The position numbers and the translations under genes are program-made. From a virus: a DNA stretch of 64,000 nucleotides. Under the pieces are notes generated by a model, which worked only from the letters and a program-made list of their open reading frames with translations, was not told the DNA's origin and ran no database searches. This document shows positions 19,119-26,238 of this stretch, one piece after another; the first letter of the stretch is position 1, and each line of letters starts with the position of its first letter. The DNA is taken from the IMG/VR virus record IMGVR_UViG_3300003155_000003. One strand, 5' to 3'.

Positions 19119-19158
19119 AATTAGTACAAATAAAACAATACTGCGGTATTTATATACG

Positions 19159-19170
19159 TATAGGCCTATA
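19159..19170. promoter_or_regulatory. perfect 12-bp palindrome TATAGGCCTATA in the intergenic region upstream of the Cys-rich gene
   Basis: Read directly. It lies 47 nt upstream of the ATG at 19217. Any function as an operator or promoter element is speculative. Confidence 0.3.
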
Positions 19171-19216
19171 TACAAAATTAATTAACTTATGTTTAACCAT
19201 TTAAAACTAAAACGTT

Positions 19217-19918
19217 ATGGAACTAAAATCTGGAGAAGGCACCGTAGTGGTAGCCGACAGAGACTGTTGTTGTAATGATGGTTGTAATAGAAACTCAGGC
19301 TGGGGCTCTGGTTGGGGTGCAGTTGGTGGAGCATTGGTAGGTGGTGGCTTTGGTGCTGCTGCAGTTTCCGTATGGGACAAAATCAATGACACTAAAGCTG
19401 ACATTCAGAAAGTAGAATCTACAGTTCAAGAAGCAAAGGCAGGTATCTACAAAGATATCTCTGATGCAGCTCGTGGAGTTACTCAAGAAGTCAATGGTGT
19501 AGCAAAAGATGTTGCCGGTGTTGGTAGAGAAATCCTTAACAACCGTTTCACAACGGAAAGAGGACTTTGTGATTTGGGATACAAAACCAATTCCGATATC
19601 CGGGATTCTCGTGACCAAATGGGAGCAGGCTTCAATCGTGTTATGGATCGTCTTTGCCATATGGAACATGAACAACAGCAATGCTGCTGCGAAACTAAAG
19701 GCTTGATTAAAGAAGTAAAATCCGAATTGGCTCTTCAGTTGGAGCGTTGTTGCTGCGACATCAAGAACGGTCAACAGGAAATCAAGTGCCTTATCGAAAA
19801 CACGGCTAAAGACCAGGAAATCGCTCGTCTCAACCGAGTAGTAGATGCTCAAAGAGACCAGAACATTATCCAGTCTGTAGTTGCCGCTCTCAAAACAACC
19901 ACAGCTCCGGCATCCTAA
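19217..19918 (+). CDS. Cys-triplet / Gly-rich protein with one predicted glycine-zipper membrane segment (unknown function)
   Basis: DCCCNDGCNRNSGWGSGWGAVGGALVGGGFGAAAVSVW is followed by a helical region with QQCCCETKG and ERCCCDIKNGQQEIKC. The gene has its own upstream gap and a strong downstream terminator. Confidence 0.6.
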   Translation: MELKSGEGTVVVADRDCCCNDGCNRNSGWGSGWGAVGGALVGGGFGAAAVSVWDKINDTKADIQKVESTVQEAKAGIYKDISDAARGVTQEVNGVAKDVAGVGREILNNRFTTERGLCDLGYKTNSDIRDSRDQMGAGFNRVMDRLCHMEHEQQQCCCETKGLIKEVKSELALQLERCCCDIKNGQQEIKCLIENTAKDQEIARLNRVVDAQRDQNIIQSVVAALKTTTAPAS

Positions 19919-19940
19919 TTAAGAACCGGACATTGCAAAG

Positions 19941-19982
19941 GGAAGGAGTGCATCTTACGAGGTGTACTCCTTCCTTCGTTTT
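19941..19982 (+). terminator. rho-independent terminator
   Basis: GGAAGGAGTGCA (19941-19952) pairs with TGTACTCCTTCC (19963-19974), giving 12 bp with one G-U pair, followed by TTCGTTTT. Confidence 0.75.
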
Positions 19983-20003
19983 AACACCTAAAAACTTAGA
20001 GAG

Positions 20004-20204
20004 ATGGAAAAAGAAAAACTAACCGAATATCAGATACAGATATCTTTGCCTGCTCCTAATCAAGAGATTGCTCAAGAAGTAGCAAACAAAGCCCAAGCCC
20101 TTGTAGACCAGTTCGGATACTATCAATTCTTAAACTTGGTAGACTTCATGCAGAAGAATCCAGGTGCAGTATCATTCGGTTTAAATTTAATAAATAGGAG
20201 GTAA
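20004..20204 (+). CDS. hypothetical small protein
   Basis: A 66-aa ORF preceded by the conserved leader CTAAAAACTTAG. Confidence 0.45.
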   Translation: MEKEKLTEYQIQISLPAPNQEIAQEVANKAQALVDQFGYYQFLNLVDFMQKNPGAVSFGLNLINRR

Positions 20205-20206
20205 TT

Positions 20207-20755
20207 ATGGAAGAATTGATTTTTTCGAAACTACAAAAAGGTGATACATTGTATACCCTAGAAAGAGACAGACGTTCTATGTATCCAATCTTTGATAAGG
20301 CTACGGTAGTCAGGGTTGGTGAAATTAAACCTATGTCTTCAGGCAATGATGGCAACTTTGTTTCAAGTATAGAAGTAGTAATTCAGGATTCAGTATCCTC
20401 ATTAACTATTTTTTTACCCGTTCAAACTACGGAAGGTATTCATAATGGTATATACTACACTACCGACCTTAAGAATATTGTTAATGAGGTAAATGTTCAA
20501 AGAACTAATGCCTTGAATATCCTTAATAACCGGGATAAGTACGAGGCCATCGTATCTGAATGTGATAATATCTTTAAGACTATTGAAGGTATGATTGCTC
20601 CTCAAGCTCCGGCTCAGGCTTATAAACCTGAAGAACTTGAAACATTCAAAAGAGAGATAGATACCCGATTATCAACTCAGGAGAATCTTCTCTTGCAAAT
20701 TGCCCAAGAGTTAGGATTAAATAACAAAGAAAAGAAAGATGGCAAAAAAGGTTAA
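20207..20755 (+). CDS. hypothetical protein
   Basis: A 182-aa ORF. It is one of the few genes with an AGGAGG Shine-Dalgarno-like sequence (20195-20200) before the ATG. Confidence 0.5.
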   Translation: MEELIFSKLQKGDTLYTLERDRRSMYPIFDKATVVRVGEIKPMSSGNDGNFVSSIEVVIQDSVSSLTIFLPVQTTEGIHNGIYYTTDLKNIVNEVNVQRTNALNILNNRDKYEAIVSECDNIFKTIEGMIAPQAPAQAYKPEELETFKREIDTRLSTQENLLLQIAQELGLNNKEKKDGKKG

Positions 20756-21296
20756 CATAAATATATCGCTCCCGATAGGAAGTGTTCAGATTTATGTAGA
20801 CCCAAGAAAACAAATGCAAGCAGAAAAGTTGATTACTAGAACTCCCCAAATTATGCAAAGAGGTTATGATTTGGGTTCAAGGAAGTTCGGTAATCAACTT
20901 CTTCGTATTGTTAAGAGGAGCTTAAATACGGGAGTTCCTCCTCCAGGTTCCGGAGTATCTTGGCCACCACATTCAGTAGCTACACTTAAGAAGTATGGTT
21001 CTCATACTCTATTAAACCTTACTGGTCAATATGCAAGGTCAGTTACTATAGTGAACCGAAAAGATAGAACCTTTGTTGGTCTACCTCCTGGATTGAAAAA
21101 GACAACCTACTTTGGAAAGACTTCTCGTAAAACCCTTAATCAAATTGCCATTATGTTAGAGTATGGTAGTAGAGATGGTAACTTACCACCTCGTGAATTA
21201 TGGGGTCCTGCTTATAAAGCTGCAGGTGGAGCTGATGCTTTACAGAAGTCTATACGTAATGAAGTAAGAAAAGAACTTAGAAAATATACAAAATAA
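20739..21296 (+). CDS. putative neck / tail-completion protein
   Basis: A 185-aa ORF upstream of the sheath gene. LLNLTGQYARSVTIV...FVGLPPG loosely resembles the L..TG.L..S motif of HK97 gp10 / Mu G-type proteins. Assignment is weak. Confidence 0.3.
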   Translation: MAKKVNINISLPIGSVQIYVDPRKQMQAEKLITRTPQIMQRGYDLGSRKFGNQLLRIVKRSLNTGVPPPGSGVSWPPHSVATLKKYGSHTLLNLTGQYARSVTIVNRKDRTFVGLPPGLKKTTYFGKTSRKTLNQIAIMLEYGSRDGNLPPRELWGPAYKAAGGADALQKSIRNEVRKELRKYTK

Positions 21297-22195
21297 TGGC
21301 AGATTTTGAAGTAGATAAAACATCTGGTAAAGGTCCTACACTTGTAATGGTACACCCATTAAAGATGAATGATACTGAATCGGATAAGAAGGCTTCATTG
21401 ATTGTAGATGTCAATGGAGTTACTAAAACAGTTAGCCTTCTTCAGAAGAAAGGTACCCTTAGTTACGAATATCAATTAGAGGTAGATAAGGATACACTTA
21501 ATATTCCGGGTAAAGGTGGCACTGATACTTTGGTAGTTACATCCCGTCGTAGGGGAATGATTAATGGTACTCCTCAGGGAGATTGGGAAAATGTACATGT
21601 TATTGCTGAACTTGTAGAGGGAAATCCTTTTACTGATTATGTTGTTAGATTTACTGACCAAACAGAAAAGAATCTAGAGGTAAAAATAAATTCTAAGAAT
21701 AAGACTGAACAGGATATTACCGGAACTCTAATTATAAAACAGAGTGAAAGTAATGATACTAAAACTATCAAGGTTATTCAGGCTGCAGGTACAGTTTCTT
21801 ATACTTATAGGTTAGAACCACCAACTGTAAATTTATTAGTACCAAAAGACCAGAATGTTAATGAATATGAAACTTCTGTTGGATTTACGATTACTGGGTA
21901 TAGAAGTAAATTAATAGAAGGTGAAAAAGTCTCTGAAGAAGTTATGGCTTTTAAAATCCCCACTGTTGGTCAATCACAGGATGTTAAGTTATTTAATTCT
22001 AATGTAACTGTAACATATTGGATTACTAATTATGGTAATATATCAAATACACCTAAAACTATTTTGTCAGCAACGGTACATGCTAAAAAAACTGCAGGAG
22101 TGATGATAAATGGAACTTCTGCTAACTTCGAGTGTGTATTTACTGATGGTGGAAAATATGCGTTTACTCCGATATTAGTGGCTCAATTAGTATAA
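21296..22195 (+). CDS. virion protein with BACON/Ig-like repeats
   Basis: Repeat ends TKTVSLLQKKGTLSYEY and GTLIIKQSESNDTKTIKVIQAAGTVSYTY resemble those of the 17061 ORF. Confidence 0.45.
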   Translation: MADFEVDKTSGKGPTLVMVHPLKMNDTESDKKASLIVDVNGVTKTVSLLQKKGTLSYEYQLEVDKDTLNIPGKGGTDTLVVTSRRRGMINGTPQGDWENVHVIAELVEGNPFTDYVVRFTDQTEKNLEVKINSKNKTEQDITGTLIIKQSESNDTKTIKVIQAAGTVSYTYRLEPPTVNLLVPKDQNVNEYETSVGFTITGYRSKLIEGEKVSEEVMAFKIPTVGQSQDVKLFNSNVTVTYWITNYGNISNTPKTILSATVHAKKTAGVMINGTSANFECVFTDGGKYAFTPILVAQLV

Positions 22196-22199
22196 TATT

Positions 22200-22919
22200 A
22201 TGGTAAATACAGAAGAAATAGTAGAAAGGACTTTCTATATCTGTCTACTAACGACGGCATTAAAAAGAAAGCTTACACTAAATCCTGATGATTACCTACC
22301 ATTATCCTTAGAGAATGAGAAAAGATTTAAGGAAGACTCAGAAGCCTTAAAGAAATTCATACCTATCTTTGGAGTAGGTAATAATCAGGTAAAAGGTGCA
22401 AAGACTTGTCCCAGAATCACCATAGAATTGCAAGGGTTCTATAATGGTGATATTGGTGTGAACAAATATATCATAGGAGATAAACTAGAGAATGGTAACT
22501 ACCAAGCTTCAGAATTTCCTTATGAGACTAAAGACATAACTCTGGATATACATCTTGTGGCAAATACTCAACAAGATATGAGATTACTTCATAGTATCAT
22601 GTATGAAGCTTTGCCATCAAGAGGATATGTAAGACCTTACTATAATGACATAGAAGAATGGGAAGAGGGTAAGGTTGCTCCTACTGGAAACCTTTATATA
22701 GAGATAGGTAATTACTATGACCATCCCGATGAAAGTCATGGCCTACTCGAAAAGGTATACCAGTACATATGTAAAGACGGTATCTTGCCTGAAAAACTTG
22801 CAGGAGAAGGAGAATTGGTTCCTATCACAGATATCTCAGTACTCTTAGGTACAGTAGAAAAGAAGGAAAACGATTTACTTCAACTCCAAGTGAATAAGGA
22901 CAATACTTCAGGGTATTAA
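22200..22919 (+). CDS. hypothetical tail-module protein (possible tail terminator/sheath stabiliser by position)
   Basis: A 239-aa ORF immediately upstream of the sheath gene, with no diagnostic motif. Confidence 0.35.
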   Translation: MVNTEEIVERTFYICLLTTALKRKLTLNPDDYLPLSLENEKRFKEDSEALKKFIPIFGVGNNQVKGAKTCPRITIELQGFYNGDIGVNKYIIGDKLENGNYQASEFPYETKDITLDIHLVANTQQDMRLLHSIMYEALPSRGYVRPYYNDIEEWEEGKVAPTGNLYIEIGNYYDHPDESHGLLEKVYQYICKDGILPEKLAGEGELVPITDISVLLGTVEKKENDLLQLQVNKDNTSGY

Positions 22920-22954
22920 TTAAATAAGTAACTAACTTTTAAATTAAGTATAAT

Positions 22955-24727
22955 ATGCCAAATTCACCTTCAGTTAAGTTTGAGTTTGAGAACAGAAATG
23001 TTCAACAGACTACTCCTATGTTAGGAGTTTCATGTGTATTGGCTAGAACCACGAAAGGTCCTTATGATGACCCTTCAGAAATCATCAATTCTTTCTCACA
23101 TTTCCAAAGAGTCTTTGGTTCTGAGATAGTACCAGATGGTTCTGTATCAAATATTGAGAAGGCTTTCATGGGTGGTTCTAAGCTTCGTGTTATTAGAGTA
23201 TTGGGTAAGGGAGCAACCAAGGGAGTTATATCTGTAGCTGCAGCAAGAGGTGCTAGAGCAGCAAGGTCTTCTGAAGATGGTTCTTCTGTTACTGAATCTA
23301 CTTCTGAAGAAGCAAGTCCTAAATCTCTCTTTAAGTTTACTTCTGGTTCTACTACAGTAGGATTCGGATTGGTAACTAAGGGTTATGGAGACCCCATCGG
23401 TAGTGCTGAAACCTTCAATGTAAAAGTTTACAAACAAGCTAACACAATCTACTATCAAGTAGTAAGTGCTAATGGTCAGGTATTAGAACAAGGCCCTATC
23501 ATTACCTACAAAACAGCAGATACTGTAAACAACACTTCAGTAGACTACCTTGCTCTAAGCGCTTTTGCAAAGAATTCAGAATACCTTGTACCGGTTATGA
23601 CCGATACAGTAGAAGGTATTAAATCTTGGAATAACCTCATTAAATGGTTAACGGATGATGTCGATGGAACAAAGAACCCAATCGATATCAAACTTAACAA
23701 TGCAGCAATTACTACCGATGTTGTTAATCTTAATGGTACTATAGGTAATGCAGGTACTACTCCAACTGCAGACGAATGGATTGCTTCTTTAGAATTCGTA
23801 AAGGATTATGTAGATGTATATCAATTCGCTTGCTCTCATATTCACCAACACCTTACTAAAGACCAAGATGTACTTAAGGTACACAAGGCTGCAGTAGATA
23901 TGGTTAAGGAATTGCAGGAGTATACCTATTATATCGAAGTACCTAAGTATACCACTCACTATACTCAAGGCGACCAGCCAAGAGATTTGAAAAGTATCAA
24001 TAGCTGGGTACAGACTTGCCTGGGTACTGTAGGTAACTCTAAGTATGTAGCTTACTTCGGTGGTGGTATTAAATACTACAACGAAGACGGTAACTTGGTA
24101 GATTCAGATGTACTGGGAACTATCTTTGGTTTGGGTGATGCTTCTGCAACTCAATTCGGTGTATGGAAATCATTTGCCGGAATGAACCGAGGTATTATTT
24201 ATGATGGTAATGGTCCTGTATGTCCGAATTATGGTTCTCCTTCAAGAACTAATGAACTTAATGAGTTGGCTCAGAACTACGTAAATATCATTTGCGTAAA
24301 GGATGTACCTAACCAGGGTAAGAGAACTTTGTTATGGCATTGCTTCTCATCTCAGGTAAAACAAGATTCAGAAAGATTTCTGGCTATTGTAAGATTGAAT
24401 CTGTATCTCAAAAAGAATCTTAGACCAATCCTAGAAAGATATTTAGAAGAACCCAATATCTGGAACACTTGGAATAAGATTTGGCTTGAGGTTAAACCTA
24501 TTCTTGATGCCTGCGTAGATGGCGATGCTATGTCAGAATATACCTGGATGGGTGACCAAGATGCTAACTCATACAGTGAACTCTCAGTGAACAACGAACA
24601 AGATGTTCGTCAGGGTAAGTATAAAGCTATCCTGAAATATAAAGATATCGTACCAATGCAAGAAGTTACAATGTCAATCATTATTGACCAGGCTTCTAAG
24701 TCGGTATCAATTATTGAAAACGAATAA
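22955..24727 (+). CDS. contractile tail sheath protein
   Basis: A 590-aa ORF directly upstream of the tube gene. The N-terminus TPMLGVSCVLARTTKGPYDDPSEIINSFSHFQRVFG follows the usual sheath opening (...G.a.kGP...p..i.s...f...FG). The C-terminal region is FGVWKSFAGMNRGII. Confidence 0.75.
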   Translation: MPNSPSVKFEFENRNVQQTTPMLGVSCVLARTTKGPYDDPSEIINSFSHFQRVFGSEIVPDGSVSNIEKAFMGGSKLRVIRVLGKGATKGVISVAAARGARAARSSEDGSSVTESTSEEASPKSLFKFTSGSTTVGFGLVTKGYGDPIGSAETFNVKVYKQANTIYYQVVSANGQVLEQGPIITYKTADTVNNTSVDYLALSAFAKNSEYLVPVMTDTVEGIKSWNNLIKWLTDDVDGTKNPIDIKLNNAAITTDVVNLNGTIGNAGTTPTADEWIASLEFVKDYVDVYQFACSHIHQHLTKDQDVLKVHKAAVDMVKELQEYTYYIEVPKYTTHYTQGDQPRDLKSINSWVQTCLGTVGNSKYVAYFGGGIKYYNEDGNLVDSDVLGTIFGLGDASATQFGVWKSFAGMNRGIIYDGNGPVCPNYGSPSRTNELNELAQNYVNIICVKDVPNQGKRTLLWHCFSSQVKQDSERFLAIVRLNLYLKKNLRPILERYLEEPNIWNTWNKIWLEVKPILDACVDGDAMSEYTWMGDQDANSYSELSVNNEQDVRQGKYKAILKYKDIVPMQEVTMSIIIDQASKSVSIIENE

Positions 24728-24738
24728 AACTAAAAGAC

Positions 24739-25203
24739 ATGGGAGCAAAAGTAAAAAATCCGAGAAAGAAATTCCTTTGGAGTATCACTTTCCCTAAGCA
24801 CCCAATCAATACCTATCTGTTCCAAACTTGTACTTTGCCAGATATTGAGATTGACCAGGTTGCTCATGGGGACGTTAACCGGGACGTTAAAACTGCCGGT
24901 AGAGTTACAGTAGGTAACTTAGTAGTAGGGAAGTTATTAACTACTGCAGGTTCAGATACATGGCTTCATGACTGGCTTTATTCATGCCAGGATATGATTG
25001 CAGGTGGTGGTTTGGTACCAAGCCAATACTGGGAAAATGTAATCGTAAACGAACTTGCCGAAGACGGAGTTTCTGTACTCAACACCCACTTCTTCGAAGA
25101 GGTATGGCCATGTAAGATTACAGGTTTAGACCTGGACCGAATGGCTTCAGAAAACACAATCGAAAGTATCGAATTCTCAGTAGGTACTGTCGATAAGTAT
25201 TAA
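24739..25203 (+). CDS. tail tube protein (T4 gp19 / eCIS tube-like)
   Basis: A 154-aa ORF following the sheath gene, opening with KFLWSITFPKHPINTYLFQTCTLPDIEIDQV. Confidence 0.7.
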   Translation: MGAKVKNPRKKFLWSITFPKHPINTYLFQTCTLPDIEIDQVAHGDVNRDVKTAGRVTVGNLVVGKLLTTAGSDTWLHDWLYSCQDMIAGGGLVPSQYWENVIVNELAEDGVSVLNTHFFEEVWPCKITGLDLDRMASENTIESIEFSVGTVDKY

Positions 25204-25240
25204 AAGCTTAGTCTATTTTCAACTAAGATTTTTAGGTGGA

Positions 25241-25280
25241 GGGGTGGGATTCCTAGAAAGGGCTCACCCCTTTCTTGTTG
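25241..25280 (+). terminator. possible terminator hairpin after the tube gene
   Basis: GGGGTG (25241-25246) pairs with CACCCC (25265-25270) across a large loop, followed by TTTCTTGTTG. The structure is weaker than the other terminators. Confidence 0.35.
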
Positions 25281-25327
25281 TTATATCAGATACTATGGAT
25301 TTAAGTAACCAATTAAAATAAATAAAT

Positions 25328-26089
25328 ATGGAATTTAGAACTTGTGAATTTACAGCACCGTCAGGATTTAAGTATTCAATCCGTGAACAGAATGGAGCCG
25401 ATGAGGATATTTTATCTAACCCTATGGATTCTAAGAACCTGATGAACCTTACCAAGTTTATTCAAGCAATCGTGGTAGATACGGACTTCACTCCTAACAG
25501 GAGACTTACGGTAGAGGATGCAGACCGTATCCCTTTGAATGACCGGTACCACATTATCTTCATGTCAAGAATTTTCTCACTCGGTGAAGAAGTAGAATTT
25601 GAATATAATTGGGGCCAGAATGGTGGGTCAGTAACTTATGGTCAATCACTTCGGGAAATGGTATTTGAGAATTATGGAACATTACCTACAGAAAAGGAAA
25701 TGGATGAAAAACCTAATGCTATTCCTTATTATCCTGAGCAGAAGAAACTCGTAGACTACGAAGTAGTATTATCTTCTGGTAAACAAGTTATGTTTGACTT
25801 GATGACCGGTGCAGGAGAACGTTGGTTGGTTATGTTACCAATAGAAAAACAAACCAAGAGTGCTGGCTTAATGGCAAGAAACCTAAGGCTATCAGTAGAT
25901 AACAAATGGGAAAAGGTAGAAAACTTCTCTCTCTTTTCAGTAAGGGATATGGCTGAAATTCGTAAGGCAGTATTTACCTATGACCCAGTATTCAGCGGTA
26001 ATACCGAAGTAGAAAATCCTACTACTGGAGAAAAGGCTGAATACCCAGTTATGTTGTCATCCTCTTTTTTCTACCTGACGGAAGCGTAG
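25328..26089 (+). CDS. tail assembly chaperone (0-frame product, 253 aa)
   Basis: It sits between the tube and tape-measure genes and contains a slippery heptamer 18 nt before its stop codon. Confidence 0.6.
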   Translation: MEFRTCEFTAPSGFKYSIREQNGADEDILSNPMDSKNLMNLTKFIQAIVVDTDFTPNRRLTVEDADRIPLNDRYHIIFMSRIFSLGEEVEFEYNWGQNGGSVTYGQSLREMVFENYGTLPTEKEMDEKPNAIPYYPEQKKLVDYEVVLSSGKQVMFDLMTGAGERWLVMLPIEKQTKSAGLMARNLRLSVDNKWEKVENFSLFSVRDMAEIRKAVFTYDPVFSGNTEVENPTTGEKAEYPVMLSSSFFYLTEA

Positions 26090-26238
26090 ACCACCCGGGT
26101 ACATTTACTTATATATGTAGAGCTGAGATAGTCCTTGATTATCTCAGCTTTTTGCGTCTTCCGTATCGAGAAAGAAAAAGATTTAAAGACTTAGCCGATG
26201 AATATTATGATAACCTAAAAAAGATTAAAAATAAATGA
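25328..26238 (+). CDS. tail assembly chaperone, predicted -1 frameshift product (248 + 55 aa; gpGT analogue)
   Basis: After the slip, the -1 frame reads LPDGSVDHPGTFTYICRAEIVLDYLSFLRLPYRERKRFKDLADEYYDNLKKIKNK without a stop from 26071. It ends at the TGA at 26236-26238, which overlaps the tape-measure ATG (26235). This frame contains no ATG and is closed by a TGA at 26038-26040. Confidence 0.55.
26065..26071 (+). promoter_or_regulatory. -1 programmed ribosomal frameshift slippery site T_TTT_TTC
   Basis: The 0-frame codons are tcT TTT TTC (aa 246-248), which is a canonical X_XXY_YYZ heptamer in the correct phase. Confidence 0.6.
26121..26153 (+). terminator. perfect 10-bp hairpin plus T-tract inside the frameshift extension (terminator-like attenuator?)
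   Basis: AGCTGAGATA (26121-26130) pairs with TATCTCAGCT (26140-26149) across a 9-nt loop, followed by TTTT. Confidence 0.5.

Noticed and set aside
19295-19852. A 185-aa minus-strand ORF antisense to the Cys/Gly-rich gene, plus a 65-aa minus-strand ORF at 19207-19404.
   Set aside because: It is entirely contained within, and antisense to, a + strand ORF that has its own leader and terminator. Its composition (S/F/C/T-rich) is typical of antisense reading of a coding region, and there are no start-context or neighbouring minus-strand genes.
26090-26234. The 145-nt gap between the chaperone and tape-measure genes was considered as a plain intergenic region ending transcription at the 26121 hairpin.
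   Set aside because: The -1 frame is open across the whole gap, is entered through a phase-correct slippery heptamer, and ends on the tape-measure ATG. Treating the gap as purely non-coding would ignore that. The hairpin is kept as a separate open question.
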